A stretch of 64,000 nt of DNA from Lobosporangium transversale (GCF_002105155.1 NW_019029022.1:186001-250000); one strand, 5' to 3'; positions 26,375-45,302 are shown, counted from the first letter of the stretch. Numbers and translations: made by a program. Notes: generated by a model from the letters alone, not told the origin.

Positions 26375-28426
26375 TCATTCCTTGTCCGCAGGGAGAGCAA
26401 CGCCCATGAACCCAACACGCAAAGCTTCCACAGTATTATTGCTCCTGCGTGTATCATGCACCCACTTCTCAGATCTTTCCCACAGCTCCATCGCATCCTT
26501 GCCTTCTCGGACAGCATGTTCTGCTTCGACAGTGAGCTGAGGCGTAAACACAATAGCTTCTTTAGCAGCACTATGGTGCTTGTAATCGTCCACAGGCTGT
26601 GTGATCCTAGCTGGGAAAAGCTCTGCTCCATCTTTCGTCTTCATACCTGCAGTCTCTCCATACGCAAAGTGGATCCACATCGTCTGCACTCGCTCTGAAA
26701 ATCGCTTTTCTTCTTCAGTCAAGACCTTCTCGAGCGCATAGTCTGGACCAAACACATAGACTAAATCAATACCATGATGTGCACCCCAACCGTGAGATTC
26801 ATCTACTGCCTTGATGGAGCGATCAAAGTAGAACTGATATAGCTTGAGCCCTTCTCCTCTTTGCAACGATGATTGAGTGCTGTCCAGATCTTTGCGCTTG
26901 GAGAGCGCTCGTAAGGTGGAGAAAATCGGATAGGTGAATATGTAATCCTCAAACACATGCATAGATGCATGTTTTGCGTTCAAATCAGTCTCCACTTTCC
27001 CATACACCTTTTCCCACAGTTGTTGGCTAGCTTCATCAGGGGGACAGAATCTGCTATGTATCTTTGAAAACGCCTTTAGATTATCAGCACCCGTCAATGA
27101 TACAAACATCTCCCCTCCGTTCGACATATTTCCGATCATGACAGCCTTGACACCATGATCGAGCATATCGGCCTTGTGGACCTGTACGCGGATATCTTCA
27201 AGTATCATCACACCATCCACATAAGGTGAGAACAATCGGACTTTGTTAGACCCTGCAGCTCGACCCAACTCCTTGCTAGGTACTTTTTTTAGTAGCTCGA
27301 GCTTCTCTTTCCCACTCAGCTCCTTAGGGATATTAAAGTAGTCGACCAAAAAATCGAAAAAGAGCTTCCCTTCCATATGAGATCGAATAGTTGGGAGAGT
27401 ATTCGAAGCGCTGGAATGCATGATTGCTTGATGGAAGAGGCCGCGGTGTTGAGGAATCAACATGTGATAACCAATACTTGAAGCACCAGACAGTTCACCC
27501 ATAGCGGTGATATTAGAAGGATTGCCACCAAATGTCGCAATATTGTTGTGTACCCATTCAAACGCAAGACGCTGGTCTTGAAGTCCCCAGTTGCCAGCGA
27601 CTCGCTCATAGTCTGTCGTGAGCTTTGGATCCGACTTAATATCCTCTTCAAGCTCAGGGCAAGCGAAGAACCCATGGAAATTAAGTCGATAGTTGGGAAC
27701 AACCACGATCACAGGACGTCCAAGCTTAGCTGCTTGATGAACTAGATTGCTACCATCTGGAAAACTCGGTGTTGTTTGAGTACTTTCCTTCTCTCTCTCT
27801 TTTTTTTTTTTTACGGTCTTTCTTTCAGCATAATGATAAGAGGATACTCTTATTTTAAGAACTATCAAAGCTTACCATAGAGTTCCAAAGAATTGGCACC
27901 GTCACGGTACCCACCTCCATGGATAAACACAATGACAGCTGCACCTTCAGCATTCGCTACTGCTGGCTCGGTAGTTGCCTTCTTCAATGTGTCCTCATGC
28001 ACAAAAATGTTAAGGTTCAGACAGTGCTTTTCATCGAACTCGGCGGTCTCATCGTCAATGTCGACAGGTGTGCAAGAGCTAATCCTACTTGTAAGGCGGT
28101 CTTCTCTTTCACCTTGAGGACAGATGGGCCTTAGGAAGATGTAAAGCACACACAGATTTATCAGGATATCAATGAATATTGAATAGAACAGCCACCACAG
28201 AATACTTTAGTTATTACTACTGCTGTTGTTGAGCCACATACCCTTGTTTAGTAGCATCACGGACACCGGTCCATGGTTCAGGCTTGACAGCGGGTCTCCA
28301 TCTCTCTTGGACAACACCGTATGGGACATTCAAGTAACGGGCCACACGCTTGCTTAAATCCAAGGAGCCTTGGAGGATACCTTGATTTACAACATGGATT
28401 TGGGGTGAAGATGACAAATTAACCAT
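26375..28426 (-). CDS. Type-B carboxylesterase paralog 3 (near-identical to paralog 2; elbow GELSG)
   Basis: Exons and introns are almost identical to 21248-23290, with the same motifs. Confidence 0.88.
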
Positions 28427-28779
28427 ATTGGAAAGGCAAGGAAGAATTTTAGAGGACACAAGATGAATAGTAGGGGTACGTTATTCCAGAGAGTCCTCGA
28501 AAGATTCTCCTCTTCATCTTTATAGAAGCGTATGAGTATTAATCACTCTACTTTCCCACGCCAAACCACATCATGTTGTCGTCTTAAAAAAAAACATTGA
28601 TTTTTGCTTGCATAAATTTTTGAGATACGTACTGCAAGCATGCCATTGGCCCATCTCAACTGATGGGCCTCAGACTCCCAAAGCCTGGCCACTAGTCATC
28701 GCCATTGCGAGGGGCATGAGGGTCTGCTTCCTTCGTTGACAATGAGAAATACCATAATCGACATTAGAGTGTCTGCTTT

Positions 28780-29528
28780 GGGCGCATCTGCAGATTTACT
28801 GGAACCAGCACCAGTTTCTCCATGATTATCTCGGTCGACAATATGATGTGAAATTTGCAATGACTCCATCTCAACTCAAACCCGATTATTCAGCCTAACT
28901 GACCATTAGACTGAGATTGGCGTCTTTATTGCACTCGATGTTTGCTTTGCAAGCATTTCGGTGGAATCTGTCGCTTTTAGCAACAAAAAGCTGACCATTT
29001 GGCATGAGAAATCTTCAGATCTGCTCACACCCCCTAATTACCTGGCCAAAGTGATTGCTGATATCCCTCGCATCGTTCTCGCTAGAATCATGTTCCCAAT
29101 CCTTCTCCAACTGGCTGCCCAACCACTTCTACCTGCTGTTTATTATAAGCATAATGACTGCTATAGCCTTTGAGATGGGTTATCTACTTTTGACTTTGAC
29201 CCCTTCTCAGTGTGTGGTACTTGTCGGAGCAGGATTTACATTGGCTTGGGCAATTGTGTTTTCGGATGATGCACTTGATTTGGCTGATGCTATTGAAGCA
29301 GGAGGTGCAAGCGAGACCATGGGTCTAATTTCAAAACGCTCCTCTAGCTCACACGTTTAAGCGAGATCAGCTAGGGCCATGGCTTGTATTCTGCTTGAAT
29401 GGCATGCTTAGCATTCATCAACTTTAAATTAAACTGTACAGACTACCACAATCCCTTACTACCTTAATTAAAATCCGTTGACCACTTTATCATCCATCCT
29501 TCAAAAAGGTTAAGCGTTATTATGAATG

Positions 29529-29533
<5 letters not shown>
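28780..29533 (+). pseudogene. Decayed duplicate of the 3' end and 3' flank of the ABCG gene
   Basis: YLAKVIADIPRIVLA and GFTLAWAIVFS are present. The DNA aligns to ~6090-7047, including the 3' flank TTATTATGAATGGCCTT, with indels and stops. Confidence 0.85.
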
Positions 29534-29560
<27 letters not shown>

Positions 29561-29622
29561 CTCGATTTGTCGAATATAAAGATAGATGTCATGAAGTCCT
29601 CCAATATTTATTACTTTATTTT

Positions 29623-31608
29623 TTATGTCGAAGCACTAAGAACAGACTGCTCCTTTTGTTCTGCAAAGTGCGAGATTTTGTTCCAATAATTCAATACCCC
29701 AGCCGGCAGTCGATCGCTCTTTCCGAGTGTAATCTGACGATCAGCTCCAATCAAAATAGCCTCATCATTCTCCAGCACAGGAGTCTTCATGGTATCAGCA
29801 GACTTGACGGCCACATCTTTTTGGTTTGCAAATGAGATCCAGATTTTCTGCATTTCCTTACCCAGAGCCAACTCAGATGCTACCAAGACCTTTTCGACTG
29901 CAGGTGGGAGGAATATGTATGGCAATTCGCCTGCATGCATTGCGCCCAGACCTGGAACAAGTTGCTCCATCTTCTCAGTTGCTGCATCAAAATGATATCG
30001 AATGACCTTGAACCCGGCCTCGCTGCGTTGTTGATCAAGCCTCTTGAATGTGTCGACAAGCACCTGAGTAGTATATGTAAACTTGAAATCACCTGTATAG
30101 ACCCCAATGATTTTGGTCACATCCGCATCTGTCTCTGGATTTCCATAGACGGATTGGAAGAGTGCGGCCATCTGTGGATCGGGTATAAACCGGTTGAGCA
30201 GATGAGGCCATGTCTGCAAGTTGTGGTTTCCAAAAAGACCTGTAAACGCAGAGCCCTCATCCTTATTAGCGCCGATCAGGACTGATTTGAGACCAGGATC
30301 ATAAGCAGAGAGATCCTTAGCCAAAACTTGGATAGGGACTTTGGAAGGGATGACCTTGCCGCCGTCGTAGAAAGGACCATAGCCTTTAGCAGCAATGCCT
30401 TGTCCGACAATGCTCAATTCCTCACTTGGCACGGCTCTCAAGCGCTTCAACTTTTCTTTAGAGTCCAAGTCCAAGGGAATGTTTAATTTTGTCAAGAGAG
30501 TATCAAAAATAAGCTGGCCATCCGTGTGGATGAACATAGGGGAGATCGTGGAAACGGTACCGGATTGCATGATAGCGTGGTCGAAAAGCCCATGGTGTGA
30601 GGGTAAGAGCATATGGTAGTGAATGGAGATTGATCCTGCAGACTCACCCCATGCAATGACGTTCTTTGTATTGCCGCCGAACGCTGAAATATTCTCTCGA
30701 ACCCACTGGAACGCAAGCTTTTGATCCATCAAGCCCCAGTTACCGACGGATTGATCGTAAGAGACAGTAGGAGAAGAATTGGCAGTGTAATATTCCTGAG
30801 CATCTTGCTCCAGCTCCTTGGAGGCGAGGAATCCAAAGACATTCAGACGGTAATTGACAGTAACAACGATCACAGGTTGTTGCAATTGGATGGAGTGCTC
30901 AACAAAATTGATTGCATCTAAAAGGGGTTCATGGTATTTGAGTTAGTTAGCGCTTTTTTGAATTACGCAATCAAAAAAAAAAAAAAAAAAAAAAAAAAGG
31001 CTGCAGTACCATATAACGGTAATCCATTAGATCCGTCTTGGAAAGCTCCACCATGGATCCAGGTTAAGACGGGAATTGGCTCGGTTCCTTCTGGGGCGTT
31101 AAGGGCTTGGAGAGGCACAAAAATGTTGAGGTTGAGACAGTTTTTCTCATCATGGTCCAGTCCAAACTCATACTTGCCCTTTCCAGTTGGTACAGCGTCT
31201 TTTGGCAATAAAAGGTTAAGTGCGAACGTGGAAGGCTGCTGAGGACAGACAGGTCTAAAGTTTAAATGAAGGTGAGTTATGGGGAAGAGGAATCCACAAA
31301 AAAAAAAAAAAGAAAAGAAAAGAGCAAAAAGCATAAGAAAATAATTTCTGGAGGCAAACAGCTCCTTGGAGCTCATTCTAATGCTTGATAATAACAATAT
31401 ATATATGTATATATATTTACCCTTGTTCGGTAGCATCTCGAACACCGGACCATGGTTCAACCTTAACAGCTGCACGCCAGCGCTCTGGGACGATGGCATA
31501 TGGCACATTACGGAAGATTGCCACTTGACGAGCCTGGTCAACAAGGCCACGTAGGGTGCCATAGTTGGGAAGTGTGACATCAATGATATTATTATCTTTG
31601 ATCGTCAT
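29623..31608 (-). CDS. Type-B carboxylesterase paralog 4 (intact catalytic triad), 3 exons
   Basis: FRNVPYA..ERWR, EKNCLNLNIF, WIHGGAF, GESAG, GANKDEG, GAMHAGEL. Confidence 0.92.
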
Positions 31609-32385
31609 TTTATCTATCTTATGCTTTGTTCTGTAGAAAAAAAAAATCGAAAAGGACAGGAGTATGAAGAGAGAAAAGAAGCAAAGTAATTGTGGGGAAA
31701 TTCGAAATTAGAGAAACACAGCAGAACAATGTGGACTGTGGAGATATTTATGCAGAAAAATAATCATTTTTGGGGGGGGGCGGGAAAAAAAACACCGATT
31801 CGGAATGTGTGTGTTTCTTCCCAATGCAGAACTACGCTTACAAAGCTGATCGACTACATGTGCTCAAAGCGCCCAATGACGAGCAAGAGCGTATGCTTCA
31901 CGCGTGACGTATTGAGGGAAGGAGTAAAGAAAGGAGGCCGCAAGTTGAGATATAACGTATCAATCCAGACAAAGCAACACAGCCTACAGCCTAAGCTATT
32001 TGGTAAAGATGCAGACACGGCTCCCAAGCTGAACAGTTCCTTACTGGGTATCTTGAGTAAATGCCTACGCTTGGTCCTTGCCCCTCCATGCCTCTCTATC
32101 ACCCACAGTCCTGCCCCAGCATAGGAAACGTCATTTTGCCTAGGTTCTTAACAAAACACTAGTTGTGTGAATCTAACGGCCACGATCGATCGGTATAAGA
32201 ATAATTTCTCGGTTGTGATCGTCTTATCAGTTAATGATGGATGCAGCATACCATCCCTCTCACATTGCATTCTAGCCTTCAGTACCTCCTTAGCGCGTAC
32301 TGCGCTTTTTTTTTTTTTTTTTTTTTTTTTTTCTATTCTTTTAATGATTAATAATACTAAAAATTAATACTAGAAATTAATAATA

Positions 32386-33621
32386 CTATATGGCTATCAC
32401 CAGGATTAACATGATAATCAAAACTATGATCAAGATTCCAATACAGCATGACGACGCTGACTCTAAAAAGACGAGAAAAATTAACAATTATCAATCACCA
32501 TAACAACATACAGCGCACGTCCTCTCTAGTCATAAGCATCAGTCAATCGACATATGTCATGTATTAATAATACCTTCGTTTTGCTTTATAAAACGATTCA
32601 TACGCCTCATTGCCTTCTGTAAGTTTCCTGAAGTTCTATCGACATGCTCATCCAGATCATCTAATAACATAGTTTGGTCCTGTAGTTCACCATTCATTGT
32701 TGTTGCGATCTCCCTTATATTGAGTACTGTATGCATAACGCTGTCCAACTGCTGATCCTGCTCTTGCATCAGTATCTGCAAAAAAAAGGAAAGATAGAAA
32801 GAAAAGCGACATTACCATAGTATTTCTTTAGTAAAGATTTAAAACTGGATCGTTTTGGATATAGTATCCACGTATTACGAATATGCTACTAATGATAACT
32901 GGATTACCTGCTGCTGTATCGCCTCCTGTTCAACAAATTTTGAATTGCTGTACATCATATTTTCCCGCCTTGTTGGCTTCTGATATCCTTTTGGGCTCGA
33001 GCTTCCAGCACTATCTTCCAGTAACGCCAGTCTATCCAGTTGAGCATCCCCAACTTTTACAGGCTTTTCCAATTTTGTTTTCATATCCTAGGTTAGCCAA
33101 GTGCATAAAGGATAAGAAATGTAAGTGCCACATCGCCTAATGCTAACACATTTTTCAAAAAAAAAAAAAAAAAAAAAAAGCGGTAGACGTTACAAGAACT
33201 TTTCTCCTTGTCTGATCTACGAACTGTTTCCTGGCATTGGACTCCCTTGTTGTCAGGTTGAATTTTTGTGGATTCTCAGTAACAGCTTTGACCGCATCGT
33301 CCAAGTCTTCGAGATCCTGCTCTATATTTGTCAGGATCTGAGAAAGTTCTTCTTTTGTCTTTTGAAGCTCTTCATTTTCAGCCGAGGTAACTGTTTGCAG
33401 AATACGCTTCCAGCTCTCATAGAGTGTTGAGGCATTTCCGAGTGATGTAAGGACGTCGCTGGAGAGGCAATATATATATAGAAAGGGAAAGAAGGCAGAA
33501 CGATATAGGAAAAGGAGCCATGATAAAAGTGTATAGTCAGCAAAGGAGTAGAACTCAAGCATTTATTAACCATAATTAAAAGAAAGCTTTACTTTTTGAT
33601 GAGAATAAATGGATCTTCCAT
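32386..33621 (-). CDS. TLG1: Syntaxin-6/Tlg1-like Qc-SNARE, multi-exon
   Basis: Start MEDPFILIK; Syntaxin-6 N-domain (DLEDLDDAVKAVTENPQKFNL); SNARE motif QDQQLDSV...ELQDQTMLLDDLDEHVDRT; C-terminal TM ending LIIMLILVIAI*. Confidence 0.88.
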
Positions 33622-33838
33622 GAGCTCTGTATTATTATATAAATGTAAATTGTCTATGTATCAGTATTTGAATGCGTGTGCTTCGTTTTAATGATGACAA
33701 GTATATGGACAGTGATGTGCAATACAGTCGAATCTGGGGTAACAGAATGCGTGGCACCTCTTCTTGCGCCCAATTACCCAATAGTGGCTGTGCAACTTGG
33801 GCACGTGACATATGTTTGCTGCCATAGAAAAAGAGGTG

Positions 33839-33870
<32 letters not shown>

Positions 33871-33899
33871 TTTGTTTTTAGGATTCAACCACGCAAGAA

Positions 33900-36037
33900 A
33901 TGTCGGAGACAGGAGATCACCAGAAACATGTTCGTGAGCAGACAAGCGTCAATGAGGAGGAGGAGGAGAAGGAGGCACAAGTCATGCTTGGCTTTGCGGA
34001 ACCGGTAGATCTGGAAGAACATGGTCCATTACTTGCAGAAGACTTTTGCTCAAAGATTGGTGGTTTACCTGTAAGAAATGATCTTCACATATATTAGTAT
34101 AAAAAGAAAACGCACTTTTATCTAATTGCTATTTTCTGTCGGGGGACTAAGCTTTGGCTAAATCCTGAACATGTATTAGATATCAAGGAAATCCTTTGCG
34201 ATCAATGCCAGAAGCCTATGACATTTTTACTTCAAGTGAGTGATGTTCTATTCTTTTTTTTTTTTTTTTTTTCAATGTCAACTAGTGGCCTGGACTTTGT
34301 ACTTTTGGATTTATGTTAATTCTAGTACCATCCGTTACTTAATTATTTTCTCTGCTGCTTCAAAGCTCTACTCACCTGAGGATCACCCTCCAGAGGCATT
34401 TCATAGAGTGATATATGTGTTCTGCTGTAAGAATGGAGCCTGTCACAAGAAATCCGCAAAAGGATGGTAAGTAGATTGTGAAAGCTTAACCCAGCGCAAG
34501 CAATTAAAGGCTTATTAACAGCCTTTCTCTTACCGTCTTTTAGTTTCAAGGCCGTTAGAAGCCAACTTGGCCAATACAACCCCTATTATACGCCAGTTTC
34601 TAACGATCATGAAGATGCCGAAGAGGAAAACGCAGGATGGGAGCCTCTTCCTCTTAACAAACATGGTACGATCAGACTTTGGATATATGCGGGATTCGAG
34701 TAAGGCGCCAAATGGAAAACTCTTCTCAACCATATCAAACTAAACTGCATCTTTGGAATTTTTGGTATTGTTCGAGTAGCCAAAACTTGCTTTGTCTGTG
34801 GAATGTATGGACCTAAGCTTTGCTCCAAATGTCACAAAGTCTCATACTGTGGGCCTGAGCATCAAGCCATTCACTGGACCAAGGGTTTGCACAAACAGCT
34901 CTGCGGAACGAATCCTCCAACTTCTTCTATCGATGCGAAACTTGCTGGACTTTCAATATCAAAGTCAGCAGACAAGGATAAAGACGATGACAAAGATGAA
35001 TATAGCGAAGATGAAAGTGTAGTCAAGAGGGTCAAACCTTTGACACAGACTTTGACGAAGGAACAACAGGACTATGCCAACAAACTCGACATTGACTACA
35101 AGCTGGTCGAACGAATGAATCGCTTTCCAGAATTAGAAATTATCAGCGAAGCTGAAGTTTTCGATCAAGAGGCTATCGACGAGGGCTTAGTAGATGAAAG
35201 CTCTGGAGATGAACTTGAGGCAGAAGAAGGATGGGAAGAGAGAACTGCAGCGCTTAACACTAGGAAACGGAAAAAGGCCGCTACACTTGCTAATGCGGAT
35301 GGAAGCGGCACTAGTAGGTCATTGCAGAATGCAGAATCGTCAATGAACGCTTTGGTTCCCGTTGGAGATGAGGTCTACGAGAACACAAAGACAGATATTG
35401 ATGCAGCCTTCTTGGCCTTCCAGAAAAGGATTGCTATGTACCCAGAGCAGGTATTGCGGTAAGTTGTGCCAGGGGCCATACTATACCTTTATGATTGGAT
35501 ATTTCATATGTCTGCCACCAAACTAATGTATATATTTTCGGCTCATGTAACATAGGTACGCACGAATGGAATATGAGCTCACCAATCCTGAACCACTTTA
35601 TGTTAGCGACATTGGCATTCCCAAGCCTGAGGACATCCCGCCATGTCCGGACTGTGGTCAGGAACGTACTTTCGAATTTCAGGTAAGCTGGGGAAAATAA
35701 AGTATATTGCAAGCCTCCTACGAATTTCTCTATTATCTATGAGTGATCGCCAGCTGCCTACCTGAGCACTTTGGAGCAAGATTGATAATACTCTATTTGT
35801 GGTTCCATCCTTTGTCATAAACAGATCTTGCCCCAGCTTCTCAACTACCTTGCAATTGACCACTCAGCAAAAGATTCTCTGGATTTTGGCACAGTGCTTG
35901 TTTATTCCTGCAAAGATAACTGCCACGTAGAAGGGAAATTCTATCAGCACGAGATTGCGTTGGTGCAGCACTTCTCTGAGGATGGCATGCAAGGTGGTAA
36001 CATGACCTCAGGGCTTAATGTCTCAGTATCAAAATAG
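33900..36037 (+). CDS. PDCD2: PDCD2/Tsr4-family protein with MYND zinc finger, multi-exon
   Basis: VMLGFA, SKIGGLP/LWL, CDQCQKPMTFLLQ/LYSP, FHRVIYVFCC, MYND CFVC..CSKC..YCGPEHQAIHW, PEQVLRY, CPDCGQERTFEFQILPQLL, LDFGTVLVYSC. Confidence 0.9.
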
Positions 36038-36229
36038 ACTGGTGTTATTCTAACAAAAAAAAAAAAAAAATAGACTGGTGTATGGTATTTCAAAGTAAAG
36101 CATTAGAATAATAATAATAATAAAAAACAGCCACCATTTTTTCTTTTTCTGTAGTGACTGCTATTCTTGGTTAAAAAAAAAAAAAAAATGCCTTGACTTG
36201 ACTTCATTCTTCAACATTAAACAGAGTAA

Positions 36230-38525
36230 ATGACCATTATGGAGCAGAGTCAAAACTCGCAACATGCCCAGGGACAGAGGCAAAGACAGGAACAAGAGCA
36301 GAGGCAACAAGGATATACGCCAGCTAATATAGATCAGGTACACTATCAGCAATATCAGCATTATCAGCAATATCAGCAATACCAACAACTCCAACAGTAC
36401 TATCACTACCAACAGCAACAGCAGACCCATCAACACCCTGCAGCTGCCTCTGCTGTGACGCCTGTAGCTCTCCCTCCGTCTTATAGCACGCCGCTCCCCC
36501 CAGCTAAATCGAAGAATGCCCATCGTAAAAACAAACAGACCAACCCACTTCCACAATATCAAGCTCAATATCAATCCTCAATGCAAATAGGTGCTGCAGC
36601 TGCCTCTGCTGCAACAGCAGCGTTGCTTTCGTTTGGATACAAGAGCGCTGAGCCAGCCTCAGACCTAGGGTCCAATGCAGCGCCAACAACAGCAGCAACG
36701 GCAAGCAATACATCAATAGATAATCCAATGAGTCAACAGCAGGAATGGTACTCAAGTTATCACACTCCGAGTCTTCGACAGCGGATGGCTGCCACTATGA
36801 CTATGAATGCGTCGCACCCATACTCACAGTTACAGCAATCTCAAAAGCCGTTTAGGCACCAAAATATGAGATGGAACAATGGTAATAATAACCACAACCA
36901 TAATCACCATCTGCATCAACATCTGCGGAACAACAACAGAATCAATAAAAACCATCAGCGTAGCCGAAATCAGCACCAAATAGCAAATGAGGTAAAAGAA
37001 GAGACTACCTTCTCCGCAAAAGATCCGGACTGCAAAAAGACTTCTGATGGATTTCACTGCGACGCATGCGACATTACATTTCATGAGGAAGCCAAACTTA
37101 AGACACATATTGCTGCCCACAGAACTTGCCCAGACTGCCAATACTCAGCATCGCCGAGCTTTGTGAGCGAACATCGTAAACTGGCTCATGGATCTAAGCA
37201 AGGCTTAGGCATCCCCACCACATTAACTGCTGGCCCTTTATCATCGACACCTTCACAAACATCGCCATCATCAATACCACTATCATCAATACCACTATCA
37301 TCAATACCAACATCAATACCGACATTAGCACCTAACGCATTAAAAACGGAAACTACAACGTCAGCTAATTGCGTGGGTGACAGATCTCGCAAGCCCAAGC
37401 CTCCCATAAACCCAGATCTACTACACCCTCTTGCACCTGTTCTCAATACCCCAGAGGAAATTGAAGCATGGATTGCTCAACGGCGAAAAGCATGGCCAAC
37501 AGAAGCAAACATTCGTAAGAAGGTATAAATAATCTACATTTTTACTGAAATATGGTTCATTTGTCATGTATTACAGCTTATCTCATGTACGCATCTCTAT
37601 GTCTTCGCTCATAAAACTCGTGTATAAATCAGGAGCAAGAGCGTCAGGAGATGATTGCTAAAGGGCAGATAGTAGACGAACCACCAAAGAAGAATGATTC
37701 TAACAGAAACAGTCGAAAAAAGGACAGGATCAACAACAACAACAAGCGTCCAATGCAGCCAGCAGCGGTGAATGGGGATCATGACGAATCTATTAATAAG
37801 AAAGCAAGAACCGGGAGCAGTACTGAGGAAAAGACAGAGCCTGCTAATGGTCTAGTAGCATATGTTTCCTCAGCTGAACCCAGTGAAGCCGAAGGTTATG
37901 AGGATAATGATGGGGATGATGTGATGGATCCTGTAAAAGATGCTATCACTTCTAAAGACCCGAATGCCATGGGTAAAATGTTGCTGCCAACCGAGCGATC
38001 AAAACGACCAAAGCGGCCATGCAAATACTTTTTGCGTGGTCATTGTACACGAGGTGACAAATGTACCTTTTCTCACGATCCATCTCTGAAGGTATAGTAC
38101 CAATGGTTCTTTGCAAATGTGAGGATTGATATCTGCTTGTGTGCCTTTGATTCTGTCATTGTTCTCATTTTTGACACGGTCTGTTATGCTTGTAAATGCT
38201 CAGAACAAGGTTCAAAAGCCCAATCAGGCTTCGGCCAAGAAGGAAGTATTCAGATCACGTCCATCGCTTCTACAAATGGTATGCTCATTTAACTAGTTGA
38301 CAGCTTTTTCTCATGTATCCACTATCTTGTTTTAATAATCAGTATATATACAAAAAGCTGACTGTAAGTCTGTGCCTATTACAATGTTATATTGTTGTGA
38401 AATAGTTGCTATCGAGTGAAATCAAGGAGGAGAAGAACAAGCTACTTGAAGCAATGCGGTTCATTGTGGACCGAAACTTCTTTGAGAAGCAGGAACCTGA
38501 AGGAGTACTGGTGCAGGAAGTGTAG
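36230..38525 (+). CDS. NUFIP1: NUFIP1/Rsa1-like snoRNP assembly factor (C2H2 fingers, NUFIP1 domain, CCCH finger)
   Basis: CDACDITF...HIAAH/CPDC, TPEEIEAWIAQRRKAWPT, CKYFLRGHCTRGDKCTFSH, RPSLLQM/LLSSEIKEEKNKLLEAMRFIVDRNFF. Confidence 0.85.
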
Positions 38526-38813
38526 ATTTTTTTTGTTAATTAAAAGAATACATGTATAACTATCATTCATTTTAGTTCATCTCCAATTGTACGTGTTATT
38601 TGTGCTGCTTACCCGTAATTGCGCAGATAAAATTTTCCTCTCTGAGTCAAGACCTATTTATCTTTATCAAGACCGTCTTTCTTCTCATTCTACCGGCCTC
38701 ATTCTAACTTCACCATCCTTTCATTTCCTCATCTCACTCCATCTTTCTCTCCCTCCTACTCCATCTTCCTCTTCCTCTTTTTCTCTCTATCTGTCACAGC
38801 GCGCACATAATAA

Positions 38814-43873
<5,060 letters not shown>

Positions 43874-43880
43874 GGAGGGG

Positions 43881-43911
<31 letters not shown>

Positions 43912-44613
43912 TCTTTTCTCTGCACATAGTATAGTTTAGTAATAAACATGAAAAACATGTAACATCCCACTCAAAGAAAAGAAAAAGGTGCACCCTACAA
44001 GCATACTCAAGGCCAGTGCGAACCATAGAAATGTTTGAACCCGGGCACTGCAGCAATGTCATTGGGGATGGCCCAGTTGCTTCATCTGTTTTAGATAGTT
44101 GACATTGACCGATACCTGGGAACTTCATGATAGTGAGGCTGAATGCAATGAAACAATAGTCAGTTCTGCAAATCGGTCCGGCCAAGGAACACTTCCCTTC
44201 CTTTTTCTTTACGTTTTTTCTTCTTAGTTCCTATATTTCCGTTATTGTATGAAGTTAATGCGTGAAACGGTGTGCCCCATGTATATGTCTAGAATTAATT
44301 TTAAGACCTCAGTAGCGTATTACATACTAATCATTTGCCTTTTTTTTTTCTTTAAGAAATTGGTTACTTTTTATTGTTATCATTTTTTTCTTTTATAATT
44401 ATAAACATAAATACCAGTCAACTGATATTTAGAGAATTGAGGGAATATTACACAAAAGACGAAGACAAAAGAGAAAAAGTTAAAGATTCCTGCTCCAGAC
44501 AAAAAAAAAAGATAAAAAAAGAAGATCCCTGCTCCTTTTTGTTCTTTTTTTCTTTCTCTTTTTTTCTTTTCTTTGAGTTTTATCCTTTTGTATATCCCTA
44601 CTGCTTCTCTTGT

Positions 44614-45184
44614 TTAGCAGTTCTGGGCAAGAACGCCGTTAGCAGATTGGCAGAACAAGACGTGACCGTTGCCGTTGGTGGCGGAAATTTGCAATTGGAC
44701 GGGGATCTATTTTAATAAAAAAGAACAAGAAAGAGTGATTTAAATTTAACATGGCTTGAGACTGGGAATAGAAAGAAAAAAAAAAAAACAGAGAAAACAA
44801 ATAAATGAATAGACAACTTACGCCAGCAGGGGCGGTGGTCTTGACCAAGACGCAGGCGGTGATGGAGGTCAAGGTGACGGGAACGGGGCAAGGGTGTCCC
44901 TGGTTACCGAGCAAGGTGCAGAGGTCATGGGCATCGGTGTAAACGATGCGGTTCAAGTACTTGCCGACGATGTTAAGCTTGGCACCAGCGGTAACAGGGG
45001 CGCTCAATTGACCGTTACCGGTGGCGCAGACGTTCTGACCAATACAGAGAGGGTAGGGAGAAAGGGAGAAGGAGTTGATAACCAAGTCGGTGGCTCCAGT
45101 AGCGCAGTTGGTGAAAGTGGGCTGCGTCTGGGCGTTGGCGACAGCAGCAAGGACGAAGGCAGCGACGGCGGTGATGAACTTCAT
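44614..45184 (-). CDS. Small secreted Cys-rich ML (MD-2-related lipid recognition)/NPC2-like protein, 2 exons
   Basis: Signal peptide MKFITAVAAFVLAAVANA; FTNC..SPYPLC..DLC...CPV pattern; exon 2 IPVQLQISATNGNGHVLFCQSA..NC*; strongly biased codons. Confidence 0.75.
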
Positions 45185-45302
45185 ATTGACTGATTGAAGA
45201 GAAGGCTAAGGCTTGGTTGGTTGGTTGGTTGGTTGGCTTAAGAGAGTGAAGAAGATGGACAAATGACCTGAGGAGGAAGAGAAACAGAGGGGATGAGGAC
45301 GG

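Noticed and set aside
37265..37322. 15-nt tandem repeat as a regulatory array
   Set aside because: It is an in-frame low-complexity SSIPL repeat within the NUFIP1 exon.
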